Shown here: positions 49,439 to 62,892 of the stretch, piece after piece
How the letters are laid out: every line of letters begins with the position of its first letter
Position numbering within the stretch: the stretch's first letter is position 1
Assembly: GCF_001194135.2 (NCBI RefSeq)
Contig: NC_068982.1
Location: 93,161,064 to 93,225,063, forward strand
DNA length: 64,000 bases
Direction: 5' to 3'
Source: Octopus bimaculoides
Lineage: Eukaryota
Position numbers and translations under genes: made by a program
The notes under the pieces: generated by a model
Seen by the model: the letters and a program-made list of their open reading frames with translations, nothing else
Databases searched by the model: none
Told to the model about the DNA's origin: nothing

Positions 49439-49440
<2 letters not shown>
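49021..49440 (-). mobile_element. R4/Dong-like RLE LINE 3' fragment #7
   Basis: EVRNNRPD..KEKRSCLLIEPSCPFDS..KEEEK, AVPLIIGTLG and LLQKVCFLGTARI.R. Long (ATT)n tracts on both sides. Confidence 0.75.
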
Positions 49441-49524
<84 letters not shown>

Positions 49525-49527
<3 letters not shown>

Positions 49528-49637
49528 TAGTTTTATTTTTATAACGTGCTTTCACTTCACTACCAAGCGCAGCTCTGTGTGCCTTGGGTATGTGCTGTGG
49601 TTTGCTGTGATGCTCTTATGGTTACTGTATTGAAAGT
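49525..49637 (-). mobile_element. 113-bp 3' tip of the same family as fragment #3 (#8)
   Basis: Near-identical to the reverse complement of ~38700-38812. (ATT)n on both sides. Confidence 0.9.
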
Positions 49638-50011
49638 ATTATTATTATTANNNNNNNNNNNNNNNNNNNNNNNNNNNNNNNNNNNNNNNNNNNNNNNNNN
49701 NNNNNNNNNNNNNNNNNNNNNNNNNNNNNNNNNNNNNNNNNNNNNNNNNNNNNNNNNNNNNNNNNNNNNNNNNNNNNNNNNNNNNNNNNNNNNNNNNNNN
49801 NNNNNNNNNNNNNNNNNNNNNNNNNNNNNNNNNNNNNNNNNNNNNNNNNNNNNNNNNNNNNNNNNNNNNNNNNNNNNNNNNNNNNNNNNNNNNNNNNNNN
49901 NNNNNNNNNNNNNNNNNNNNNNNNNNNNNNNNNNNNNNNNNNNNNNNNNNNNNNNNNNNNNNNNNNNNNNNNNNNNNNNNNNNNNNNNNNNNNNNNNNNN
50001 NNNNNNNNNNN

Positions 50012-50079
<68 letters not shown>

Positions 50080-50434
50080 GCGTATGATCGCGCGAGCGTT
50101 ACAGAAAATTTGAGTTTGTATACCACCGTTGGGTTGTTCTATGAGCAAAAGACATAATTCTCAATACCCTAGATGGAGTTTTTTATTTTTTCTATAGGGA
50201 GTCAGTGTTTAATCAAGCAGTTTTGCAATTTTCAAAGGTATTCCAACAAACAAATATTTTAAGCACGGAATGTCCCCCTAATAGACAGTTAACACGTGGG
50301 CGATAATCATTTCGTCATTGTATTTAGCAGGATTAGAAGATTGAATCTGAAATTAAAGAATAAGTGAAAAGACGTATAGAATATGCATATTTAACATTTT
50401 TGCTGTTGTTTATTTATATCTTATCACAAAAGGT

Positions 50435-50791
50435 TGGAGGCGCAGACTCGCGGTCATAGGATCGCGGTTTCGATTCCCAGACCGGGCATTGTGAGTGTTT
50501 ATTGAGCGAAAACACCTAAAGCTCCACGAGGCTCTGGCAGGGGAAGGTGGCGAACCCTGCTGTACTCTTCCACCACAACTTTCTCTCACTCTTACTTCCT
50601 GTTTCTGTTGTGCCTGTAATTCAAAGGCTCAGCCTTGTCACACTGTGTCACGCTGAATATCCCCGAGAACTACGTTAAGGGTACACGTGTCTGTGGAGTG
50701 CTCAGCCACTTGCACGTTAATTTCACGAGCAGGCTGTTCCGTTGATCGGATCAACTGGAACCCTCGACGTCGTAAGCGACGGAGTGCCAAC
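50435..50791 (+). mobile_element. SINE family B copy lacking the A box
   Basis: Matches 5749-6128 except for a ~23-bp deletion of ATGGCCCAGTGGTTAGGGCATCG. ATCACAAAA occurs at 50423-50431 and 50793-50801. Confidence 0.85.
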
Positions 50792-50961
50792 AATCACAAA
50801 ATATTTGCTCTCAGTTTTCCGTCTTTTGTCAATTAACTCCTTAGGAACTTATTCAAATCTTCTTTCTTTATAACTTTCTAACTGTGAAAATGTATTTCTA
50901 AAATACATCAGCCATTTTATTTCAGTGACATTTTATTTTTTAATTTTATTTTAATTTTATG

Positions 50962-50998
<37 letters not shown>

Positions 50999-51583
50999 AA
51001 CTGTTATAATTCAAATGTAAATCAAGAGCCGGGTCAAGTAAGTCATTTCTATCAATATTGGCATTTTCTAACGGAAATATATTAAGAAACTGATCCGCAG
51101 CAAAACAAAAATAAATGTTAACTCTCCATAAAGAATTATTAATAGAAATAGTTGTTTTGTTTTGTTGTTTCGGAGTTTGTCATCAATCATTGAAATTAAT
51201 TCTGAAATCCCAAGATGACAAAAATATATTACATATTTAACACATAAAAAGGCTGAGCCGACTGGAGGCAGATGAAAAAATGACTCATGTCAGAACTCAA
51301 AGATGAGGCGAATAAATTATTAATCATTTCACACAATGCTACAGGGACTACACAAGATATCAAAAGTATAGCCTTGAAATCTATTTGAAACTACAAAAGA
51401 TTAAAAAATATATAATCTGTTAGAGCATTACTTTTAAAGTGTCTCCAGTGACTAAATTTTTATCAGTAATGAAGCTTTCTAAAATGATAAAGCTTAATGA
51501 TATAGATCGATTTAATTAAACTTCTAGACATATTATATTTACGACTAGTTTTGGAATTTATTCTCTGAGAAGTAAGAACACAT

Positions 51584-51585
<2 letters not shown>

Positions 51586-51655
<70 letters not shown>

Positions 51656-51744
51656 AAGAAGAAGAAGAAGAAAAAGAAAAAGAAGAAGAAGAAGAAGAAG
51701 AAGAAGAAGAAGAAGAAGAAGAAGAAGAAGAAGAAGAAGAAGAA
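51586..51744. repeat. Compound (AAT)n(GAA)n microsatellite
   Basis: Directly visible, runs into the gap. Confidence 0.95.
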
Positions 51745-52599
51745 NNNNNNNNNNNNNNNNNNNNNNNNNNNNNNNNNNNNNNNNNNNNNNNNNNNNNNNN
51801 NNNNNNNNNNNNNNNNNNNNNNNNNNNNNNNNNNNNNNNNNNNNNNNNNNNNNNNNNNNNNNNNNNNNNNNNNNNNNNNNNNNNNNNNNNNNNNNNNNNN
51901 NNNNNNNNNNNNNNNNNNNNNNNNNNNNNNNNNNNNNNNNNNNNNNNNNNNNNNNNNNNNNNNNNNNNNNNNNNNNNNNNNNNNNNNNNNNNNNNNNNNN
52001 NNNNNNNNNNNNNNNNNNNNNNNNNNNNNNNNNNNNNNNNNNNNNNNNNNNNNNNNNNNNNNNNNNNNNNNNNNNNNNNNNNNNNNNNNNNNNNNNNNNN
52101 NNNNNNNNNNNNNNNNNNNNNNNNNNNNNNNNNNNNNNNNNNNNNNNNNNNNNNNNNNNNNNNNNNNNNNNNNNNNNNNNNNNNNNNNNNNNNNNNNNNN
52201 NNNNNNNNNNNNNNNNNNNNNNNNNNNNNNNNNNNNNNNNNNNNNNNNNNNNNNNNNNNNNNNNNNNNNNNNNNNNNNNNNNNNNNNNNNNNNNNNNNNN
52301 NNNNNNNNNNNNNNNNNNNNNNNNNNNNNNNNNNNNNNNNNNNNNNNNNNNNNNNNNNNNNNNNNNNNNNNNNNNNNNNNNNNNNNNNNNNNNNNNNNNN
52401 NNNNNNNNNNNNNNNNNNNNNNNNNNNNNNNNNNNNNNNNNNNNNNNNNNNNNNNNNNNNNNNNNNNNNNNNNNNNNNNNNNNNNNNNNNNNNNNNNNNN
52501 NNNNNNNNNNNNNNNNNNNNNNNNNNNNNNNNNNNNNNNNNNNNNNNNNNNNNNNNNNNNNNNNNNNNNNNCTGCTGGTCTGTTTTTTTTCTTTCTTTT

Positions 52600-52868
52600 T
52601 CTGCATAAAATATTTTTTGTAAGCTGGTAAGTAAACCCAATTTAACATTTTTAAACATTTAAAAGCATTATTTGATAGCTCAAACCTCACGAACACTTGT
52701 AGAAAAGTGTATCCTACATCATAAGATAATTTCACTTCTTCCATGCATCACGGTTCTTTAAATACACTCAGGGCGGAATATCTCACCGGCTTTGCGAAGG
52801 CAATGTTCTGGGAAATCACTACAAAGCTCAAATCTTGATTCATCACTACAGAGAACTTTTGAACCCAC
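52600..52868 (-). mobile_element. Tc1-type transposase fragment
   Basis: KVLCSDESRFEL...LRKAGEIFRPECI*RTVMHG..IIL matches W.KVLFSDES.F...RR.GE...ECI..TVKHG. Confidence 0.7.
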
Positions 52869-52903
52869 TTTAAAATAGGAAATAAATATTACCTTATATA
52901 TAC

Positions 52904-52948
52904 AGGCGCAGGCGTAGCTGTGTGGTAGAAGCTTGCTTCCCGCGCATG
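52904..52948 (+). mobile_element. SINE family C tRNA-like head (5' ~45 bp only)
   Basis: AGGCGCAGGCGTAGCTGTGTGGTAGAAGCTTGCTTCCC matches the head of the minus-strand copy ending at 60862. It stops before the B box. Confidence 0.7.
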
Positions 52949-54399
52949 CGTCGGTCTATTCGCTGTGTTGATTTTTGACGAGACAGACGGATTTTTTTGA
53001 GCTGCTTGGCAGTGGCTTGTCGGTGAGTGTTGTACCAGTGGAAAGGAATGTATTCGGACCTTAGCGAGTATGAACTATCCTCAGCGGAGGAGGAGCTCGT
53101 TAAGGCAGTAAATAGAATGGACGAGCATTTTGAAAGAGTAAAGTGTTTTGCTGATGCTGCAGAAAAAAAAGGGACGTGGACCTAGCCGGACTGAAGGAGT
53201 TGTGTAAGATAATACAGAAGGTGGGTGGTGACGTAAAGTTATTACCCCTGGAAAGGGTCATGGAAAATATGGAAAAGAAGATCATTACCTACAATGTGTA
53301 CTCAGTGGAGAGTAGGAAAGTGTAGCGGATGGAGATGGAAAAAGTAGAAAAAGCATATATAGCGAAAGGAAATGGATATGGGACAGTGGTTGTCCAGTTT
53401 AGGACAGCGGAGAAGGCAAAGAGGCTGGCGAGTACAACGGTAAGAACAGAAGAAGTACTACTTCTACCCACGTACCTTGGAAGAAAGACTTCTAAGGTGA
53501 GGGTAGAAGGAATCCCACCCGATATAGAAGTGGCTTGGGTTGCGGAGGAGGAGGTGGCTGTCCTCCAAGCCATAGAGACGGAGGAAGGAGGGTATAAAGA
53601 AAAAAAAAACCATTGGAAATCATCATACAAGCGGAGGCGAAGCAGCTGGAAAATTTGGCGGAGAGGTGACGTTGGGAGAAATAGTAATGAGAGTATGGGT
53701 AGAGGACAGAGTTCCACGATGCTTTAAATGTAGCCAAAAATGCCACATTAGAGCTCACTGTCCTCTACAGAGGAAAACGACAGAAGGAGCAGTGCTGGAG
53801 ACGGAGGAGAAAAAGGAAGAAGTACAGATAGATGGAAGGAACAAGGAGGATGAATGGACAGTGACAGAGAATAAAAGGAAAAAGAGAAAGAAGAGGAAGA
53901 ACAGTCAGTGTGATGTGGGACCCCAGACCATCTCCATCCTACCCAAGACCACTCAGACCCACCCATCCCATACAGACAACAAACCTACCCATCCCCTCTC
54001 TTCACTAGAAAAAAGAATAAAGAACATACACAGCAAAATTTACAAGACCCCCTCCCCCGGTGAAAAAGGTTACGTATACATGGAAGAGAGAGTGTTGTCA
54101 CTCAGCGATGGGGAAAACAGTAAATGAAAGACTAGATCAAAGACTAAAGAGGACTCAAGGCTCAGAGGTGGCGAGTGGTGTTACTCGGTGTGGGGTAAGT
54201 AACACACTTTTCATATTCTCATTTCTCAAGTTATCATTCATGTATCATTATTAAATATTTTGATTTTAATGGTTTTTGTGTTCATTTTCATGTGTCATTC
54301 ATAGCATCATATTTTTTATTTTAATTGTCATATGTCCCCACATGTGTTGTAGTGTACCCTCTATGTAATGCATTTATAGCAATTTAAAAGAAATAAAGA
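52949..54399 (+). mobile_element. L1/Tx1-type ORF1 (gag-like, CCHC zinc knuckle) element with T-rich 3' UTR and no ORF2 seen
   Basis: ORF from ATG 53048 to 54127 with frameshifts and a stop. RRM-like GYGTVVVQFRT..KVRVEGIPPD and knuckle C-FK-C-SQKC-H-IRAH-C. AATAAA at 54392-54397 directly before the gap. Confidence 0.75.
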
Positions 54400-55494
54400 N
54401 NNNNNNNNNNNNNNNNNNNNNNNNNNNNNNNNNNNNNNNNNNNNNNNNNNNNNNNNNNNNNNNNNNNNNNNNNNNNNNNNNNNNNNNNNNNNNNNNNNNN
54501 NNNNNNNNNNNNNNNNNNNNNNNNNNNNNNNNNNNNNNNNNNNNNNNNNNNNNNNNNNNNNNNNNNNNNNNNNNNNNNNNNNNNNNNNNNNNNNNNNNNN
54601 NNNNNNNNNNNNNNNNNNNNNNNNNNNNNNNNNNNNNNNNNNNNNNNNNNNNNNNNNNNNNNNNNNNNNNNNNNNNNNNNNNNNNNNNNNNNNNNNNNNN
54701 NNNNNNNNNNNNNNNNNNNNNNNNNNNNNNNNNNNNNNNNNNNNNNNNNNNNNNNNNNNNNNNNNNNNNNNNNNNNNNNNNNNNNNNNNNNNNNNNNNNN
54801 NNNNNNNNNNNNNNNNNNNNNNNNNNNNNNNNNNNNNNNNNNNNNNNNNNNNNNNNNNNNNNNNNNNNNNNNNNNNNNNNNNNNNNNNNNNNNNNNNNNN
54901 NNNNNNNNNNNNNNNNNNNNNNNNNNNNNNNNNNNNNNNNNNNNNNNNNNNNNNNNNNNNNNNNNNNNNNNNNNNNNNNNNNNNNNNNNNNNNNNNNNNN
55001 NNNNNNNNNNNNNNNNNNNNNNNNNNNNNNNNNATGTGACCATCATCCAACTTTCTTTTCCTCACGTTTTCATGTTTCTTTTCCTTCAGGACTGTCCTAA
55101 GGACTGGACGTATTCTATCTCTCTCTTCTATCTTTTCTCTTTTCAAAGAATATATTTCTCCAGCGTTCGCTATTTTAACCTCGTTCTGGTCTAACGACCC
55201 TCCATGTTTGTTTTCGTTCGGTTTCCTTGTATGTCTCCACTATCCTGTTTTTGTTCCCAACTTTGACCCTCCATAAATCTAAACTTTTACTTTGGTACTT
55301 ATGGGAGCAACTGTCTTCGAAGACTCATATTGTCGTTCAATGCTCTCAATGAGGAGTAGATAGACAGCCAATAACCGATGAAGTGTCGTTCTTTGTGTTA
55401 CTTGTCCTGTTTTACATCTGTTTCTCTCGTTGTTTGCGCATTGAACTCATTTGTTTTCGTATTTCATGTTGTTTACTGTTGGTGACGTTCTGTA

Positions 55495-55960
<466 letters not shown>

Positions 55961-56869
55961 TTCAACCGCTTAAACGTAAGCGAAATTTGAATTTCCCAGA
56001 CTAAAGTTGCTTGCTTGCAGTATAACTTCTCCTGAATCATGCGAGCAGAAAAAAAGAAGACAAACAGTATGAACTACAGAATGGATGGAAAGGCATCTGG
56101 TATGACGTCGCTGTGACTGGGTATGCTTTTTGGTTTTGTTTGCTACTTTCTTTTACTTATTTAATTTTCCAAGGTGAGGATGATTTTGTTTCTGTCCTTT
56201 TCTATTAATTTTTTTGTTTTTTATCTTTTGTTTTAATGTTGATTTCTTTCTCATCATGTTTTCCCCTGTTGTTTTTAGTCACATCTCAGAAGTGTTTGCC
56301 TGGCTGAATAACATGTTTGTTTCTTCAGTACACACACAAATGAAATGAAGCTAAAATAAACCGTTTACACAAAGTATCTTTACACTTACGTGGGAAAATA
56401 AAAAGTCAAAAAGCAAAAAAAAAAGAAAATTTAAAAAAAATGGATTCGTAACTCACACGCTCATACAAGTACACACAGACACAGAGACGCATACATATGT
56501 ATATTCGTACACATACAGAGGCACAGACACATATATATGCACACACAAACGAGCAGACAACGGTTAATATTATTCTGCAGATGTTCACTAGGGAGTGGAA
56601 ATAGGAAGCTGTAGCGTTCATGCTTCTACCAAAGATATTAATGACTAGTGATGATTGGAACGCTTCCATCTTGGAATCGAAACTAGGTCACAAACATAGT
56701 TTGTCGAACTTTAAGCTTCAAACTAGACAGCTAATTATTGATACATATAAAGCCTTCGAGCATCACGCAACCTGTTTTTTTTTGTTTTGTTTTCTTTTGT
56801 GTTTCCCAAATTACAACCAGATCTTGTTTTCATTTGCCAAATGATTTCTTTTGATTTTATGAAATCCTC

Positions 56870-57510
56870 CGTGCCACCACCCCTGAATGATAAGCAGTAA
56901 TTCCGTGGAAAAGCTTCCGCATTGCAATCAGATTTACATCCGACTCCACACTGCACTCACTCAGCAAAATCCCTCCAAAGTTTTCCTTTTTCACTCTTCT
57001 AGGCTTGTCACAATGAACACATATATACCCGTTATGAAAACATCTCAGGTAGCTTCAGACAAACTTGTCTACCTATGCGGTACAGTTCTTTCCATTAACT
57101 TCAACCTGTACCTCAGAAATAATCCTTGTCCTCGCTAAACTCTTTAATATCTCGCCCTACTCTTTCTCTCTTCCTTTCCCTGTATCTTTTCTCTCTCCCT
57201 CCCCCATCTCTCTGTCTGTCTGTCTATCTTTCTCTCTCTCTCTCGCTCATTTTCTCTGGGGATCCATCCTGGTCTTTGAAAATATGTTTCATCCTCAAGA
57301 AGAGTAACTTCTCTGACCCTACTAACTTCCAGCATCTATTCATTCTTACCTTGGCTATATCAAATGTAAAAAAGAAACAGTAATTAGTAATCGCATTCTC
57401 CAGCATTTTGAGTTCAACTATCTCCTCAATGACCAAAAGTACAGTTCCCTTAGAGCCAGATTTACAGAAAAGCTGTTGTCCTATGTCAATCACTAATAGT
57501 CCCTCAATCT
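56870..57510 (+). mobile_element. CR1/L2-like LINE ORF2 fragment interrupted by a CT-rich tract
   Basis: TCTSEIILVLAKLFNIS, PSWSL...KKSNFSDPTNFQ, NRILQHFEFNYLLNDQKY..R.RFTEKLLSYVNH. This is the region just upstream of the motif seen at 1366-1511. Confidence 0.65.
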
Positions 57511-58037
57511 TCCGATGATATTTACACGAAGACGGCGGCTACGAGCTGGTTAAATTACAACCTTTTTTAATGATGTTGGTCTTTTCAATATCAATATATC
57601 TAAAAGGGAAAGGCAAGTGGTTTCATTATCATGTCAGAAGCATAAACTAAGATAAGTGTACCCGCACAAAAATTCTTATTGATGTAATTCCGGCATAGAA
57701 ACGTCCATTAAACGACATTTGAAAGAAAGTGTGCTATGGGAAGTAAATTCTTCACGCTTATTATTCTATAAACAGATGAACCTCAACTCAGTATACAATC
57801 GTCATATTCTTGGACATGTATTTCTGGGTTAAAATAAAGCTAGAGAGCTTACTATTTACAATACATGTCATTTAATGGTTGACTCCAACAAAAACATACA
57901 TGATAAACAGCTACTGACAGTCAAATATTTGAAGGGCAGGTAAGCCGTATAGTACCGAGCTTCTTTGTGTTATATGGGTAAGCCGAATAGAGTAGTAAAC
58001 TACATTTTGTACTTCAGTAGGTATTTCAATAAATGGG

Positions 58038-58205
58038 TGCAAGTATGGCTGTGAGGTTAATAATTTCGCTTCGTAAGTACGAGGTCTTAGGTGAGATCTC
58101 ATCGCTTGTTATCACAGGTAAATGTTTTCTACGGTAGCCCCGGCGTGATACAAACCTTGTGAGCGAAACTGATTTAGATGGAAATTGTGTGGAAGCTCGC
58201 CGGAT
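58038..58205 (+). mobile_element. Highly diverged SINE family C 5' part
   Basis: GGGTGCAAGTATGGCTGTGAGGTTAA..AAACCTTGTGAG..TAGATGGAAA..GAAGCTCG. Confidence 0.5.
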
Positions 58206-59533
58206 GGACAGTAACAGTAATTGTATCACTCTGGTTCTACCTGAGGATTAAGTTTGGAGTAGACGAGAGTATGAAATACTTGGGCATTTACACTGTATTT
58301 CAATGAATAGATAGATCAGTTGATTTTAAAGGCTGTTTCGTAGCCTAAAATGGAATGTTGATCATCCAAAGCGAAGGAATATCCAGTGAAATTTATTATT
58401 CAATGAATATAAATTAGAAGCAACTTGGAAAATATTTACAGACACAAATACATGCCACAGTTTTATACAGAAATTACCTCGTTGGCACCAGTAACATCGT
58501 AGAAATACTCCTATGAGTTTGAACGATCGAGTAGAAGTACTTTTGTGAGTCCAGATGATCCCGTATAGATATCCTTGTGGGTGCAGTTGATCTCCAGGAG
58601 GTACCCTCTGGGCTCAAGTGGGCGTAGAGGTACCTTAAAGGGTTCGAGTAACTGCGTATGGGAACTCTCGCGGGTTAGTACTAGAGTTTCTTCTTTAGTT
58701 GAACGCCTCACGAGCCAACGAGAAAACTTCTAAGTCGTTTACCAACTCCTAGAAGCATCAGGCTTCTTCCAAATACATCCTGCCGTATTGAAATGATGTT
58801 GGAAATATTGGCAATAGCAGTCCTACATGCACTATAACGAAAACAAAAGACGGTATAGGTACTTCTAAACTGCTTTTCATCACGATCAAATATTACTGGG
58901 GGCTAAATGACAACAATAGCAATGATCAACTAAAAGCAACAAAAAAAAAAGAGAGAAAAGAAAGGAAATAAAATAAAAATAAGGGAAGAAAAACAGAAGT
59001 GGAAAGAGAATAGCCAAAACTAACGAACCAACAAATTAACGATAATTTGACAGCATTGCAATTTTCTTAATATATATCTTGTATTTTTTTGAGCGAATGA
59101 TTTTGACTAATGACTTCACACATTTTCTAATTGCAAGAATTATTCCGTCGCAATAGTCACCGTTATCTCTCCAACCTTTCTCTAACTTGAAAATCAGCCA
59201 CTCATCGCAAATATGCACACGCCCCCACCTCATGAGAAACTCCAAATTTTTTTCTGCTTTATACTAGTTTTTTCTTCAATAAATGTTAAACTCTCAATCA
59301 CACCTCTCTTTTTCTCTCTCTGTTTCGCTCTCCATCTTGTTTCTGACACCCATATATTCATTATAAATACACCGACATATACATATAAATAAATATTTGT
59401 GCGTGTGTGCGTGTCTGTGTGTATACACAGACACACACATATATAAATATGTAAGTATATTTTTGTATATTTGTGTATATATATTTGTGTATTTGGTTTA
59501 CAAGATTCTTTATGTGAATTCGTGAGTTGAAGC

Positions 59534-59806
59534 ATATTTTATTGTCTGGAGAGAGTCATTCTCTTTTAGTGCTTTATTATTTAACACACTCACTTCAATT
59601 TCCACTCAGTTACTTATTTATTTTTTCTAATATTTTCAATATGCGTCTTGCGACCTTTTCAATAGTAACGACTTTTGAAAAGGTTGCAAGACGCAATCAA
59701 AATTTTAGAAACAATAAATAAGTAAATGAGTGGAAATCGAACCAGTGAGTGTGTTAAATTATAAGGCGCTAAAAGAGAATGATTCTCCCCAGACACAATA
59801 AAATAT
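59534..59806. mobile_element. Fold-back MITE: ~135-bp inverted arms with a 4-nt loop
   Basis: ATATTTTATTGTCTGG...TGCGTCTTGCGACCTTTTCAATAGT-AACG-ACTTTTGAAAAGGTTGCAAGACGCA...CCAGACACAATAAAATAT. Confidence 0.85.
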
Positions 59807-60494
59807 ATTATAATAATTATAAGCTTTAAACTTTTAAGCGTTTGCCGTGTATTGACTTAAGAAAATAATTTAATATTGGGGCATATAAGCCCTCGACGGA
59901 AAAAGTGGGTATTAGTACGCAACACTATGAAATTATAGTTATTAAATCGAATGAGAAAGAATTGGTTGGTAAGTTGGTGAAATCAGTCAGCACACTTATT
60001 GCGAATATAAGAGGTGTGGTTTCGATTCTCACACGTCCCAATACTCGCTTTCTCATACCAAGTCGAGGACTTATATACTCCAATATTAGACTATTTTCTT
60101 TAGCCAATACACGCTGAAAGCTTATTATTATTTACGGAATTTTCACTCGTCACCTTTTTTTTGCATCTAATGCATAATATATATACATATTCCATACAAG
60201 TCGGGAGAGATTGAAAAATAAGAAATGAGAAGCGTTTTTCTTTTTGCGGTGAATTAATTCCAGTCAAATAATTTTAATTACAGTCAAAATTTCAAAATAC
60301 AAGAAAAACAGATTGAAAAACAGTTATTATAGTTGAATTATTTCATAAGCCATTATTACATATTCTGAAGCATCAAATCTTATTCAAATTACATTACCGC
60401 AATCAAATCGCTTCAAGATTACAAATTATGAAGAACATTGAGATAATTTCAAAATATCTAATTAAACTCTTCAAGGCTCATCCTTTATATTTTA

Positions 60495-60862
60495 TCTTTT
60501 ACTTGTTTCAGGCATTAGACTGCGGCCATGCTGAGGCACCGCCTTGAAGAATTTTAGTCGAACGAATTGACCCTAGTACTTATTTTCATTTTTAAAACCT
60601 GGTATTTATTCTATCATCTCTTTTGCCGTCTAAGTGGTTGGAAAAACACCAATACCGGTTGACGAGCAGTGGTGGGGGACAAACATAGACACAAAGACAC
60701 GCACACAAACATAAGTATTCAGTTTCCGTCTACCAAATCCACTTACAAAGCTTTGGTCGGCCCGAGGTTATAGTAGAAGACACTTTTCTAAGGTGCCACG
60801 CAGTAGGACTGAAACCCGAATCATGCAACTGGGAAGCAAACTTTTTACCATACAGCTGCGCC
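60495..60862 (-). mobile_element. tRNA-derived SINE family C, near full length
   Basis: Minus strand TGGCGCAGCTGTATGGTAAAAAG..GGTTTCAGTCC head, body GGATTTGGTAGACGGAAACTGA, and tail homologous to 26110-26372. Confidence 0.8.
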
Positions 60863-62892
60863 ATAATTACAAAACTACATGAAAGCATATGATTTGAAAT
60901 CGGTTTTTACTTCTTACAGAAGAATTCATTGCCGTGTACGCGGGTAATGTCTTGCTATAGAGCATCAACCGGAAGTAACCACGTTATAGACTCACTAGGT
61001 AACAAGGGCTGTAATATTGTATATGTTATTAGATTCAAATTAAGTATAGGTGTAAATTTTTGTGCTTTTAATTATTCAAAAATTTGAGAGGAAATTTATC
61101 TTATAAATATTAGAAAATTGGAAATAGGTGTTAGTATTTGGTTAATGATTTAAACTTGGTTTATAATTTACTATAGAAAGTTTCTTTATTAGTTCTTGGT
61201 TGTATCATCATATTTTTTGTGGGAAAAGTTTAAAATCTTGTTTCTTGCACGTGTATTTAAATGCTTACTGATTTTGAATTTTCTTAGCTTTAAGATCACG
61301 TATCTGTTGTCGGTGAACCGTACTGCGTTTTCTATGTGACATGTTTATTTGGTCAAATTAATTCTCACCATACCAACAATATGTTATGGTGTGAAAAGTT
61401 TATTTTAATTTTAGAATTAACCCATTTCTGAAGTGGAAAACAATTTGATCTTCCGCATTTTTTAACTGTCAGGTTTTGTGTGTTATGTTGGTAAGTAGTT
61501 GAACATTTGTTGAAATTTTTTTCAATAAATGTGTTTTCCACTTTTAATTATTTATGGTTTTCAAAGAATCTCCTCATAGTAAGATTACGCTTTAACAAGG
61601 GTAAATTATTTTCATTGCATTAAAGCCCTCGGTATCCCTAATGTTGTTGATTGAGATGTACAATAAAATAGTTGTTTCTCCTTGGATTTTTACAGTTCTG
61701 AAATCACTGATATCAATTGGCTCTACTCTTTCGATTATTTTAATAATTAACAATGGTGGATGACGTCTATTAATCAGAATATCTTTTAGTTCATTTAGTC
61801 GTTTCTTTCGGATGTTTGGATTTGATTCAATGATGAATATTCATTTTACTAGATTACACGGGATATCAATATACGTGTGCTTTCCGTGGCATAAAATAAA
61901 AAGTAAATTGGTTTATAATATACATCTCTCTAAATTCCATTTTGTGTTTTTACTTTTTTATATGTTAAAGGAAAATTTATCCTTGCGATATTCCATAGTA
62001 AAGTTGATGTTCTTGTTAATATTGTCTATGAGAGTCATATGTTTATGTATGTGTGTGTGTGTGTACATACATATGTGTATGTATGCATAAACATATGCAT
62101 ATATATATATATATATATANNNNNNNNNNNNNNNNNNNNNNNNNNNNNNNNNNNNNNNNNNNNNNNNNNNNNNNNNNNNNNNNNNNNNNNNNNNNNNNNN
62201 NNNNNNNNNNNNNNNNNNNNNNNNNNNNNNNNNNNNNNNNNNNNNNNNNNNNNNNNNNNNNNNNNNNNNNNNNNNNNNNNNNNNNNNNNNNNNNNNNNNN
62301 NNNNNNNNNNNNNNNNNNNNNNNNNNNNNNNNNNNNNNNNNNNNNNNNNNNNNNNNNNNNNNNNNNNNNNNNNNNNNNNNNNNNNNNNNNNNNNNNNNNN
62401 NNNNNNNNNNNNNNNNNNNNNNNNNNNNNNNNNNNNNNNNNNNNNNNNNNNNNNNNNNNNNNNNNNNNNNNNNNNNNNNNNNNNNNNNNNNNNNNNNNNN
62501 NNNNNNNNNNNNNNNNNNNNNNNNNNNNNNNNNNNNNNNNNNNNNNNNNNNNNNNNNNNNNNNNNNNNNNNNNNNNNNNNNNNNNNNNNNNNNNNNNNNN
62601 NNNNNNNNNNNNNNNNNNNNNNNNNNNNNNNNNNNNNNNNNNNNNNNNNNNNNNNNNNNNNNNNNNNNNNNNNNNNNNNNNNNNNNNNNNNNNNNNNNNN
62701 NNNNNNNNNNNNNNNNNNNNNNNNNNNNNNNNNNNNNNNNNNNNNNNNNNNNNNNNNNNNNNNNNNNNNNNNNNNNNNNNNNNNNNNNNNNNNNNNNNNN
62801 NNNNNNNNNNNNNNNNNNNNNNNNATATATATATAGGAAAGAATAAATAGAGTCAAAAGGAAGAGTGAGTACAATTCGACAGCTGTTTAATG

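Noticed and set aside
55050-55490. Repeat-like block possibly from a PLE or LINE terminus
   Set aside because: No HHR core or protein motif could be established.
58480-58780. GC-richer block resembling a CR1 3' end (HLDSQKYFYS)
   Set aside because: One short motif only; left unannotated.
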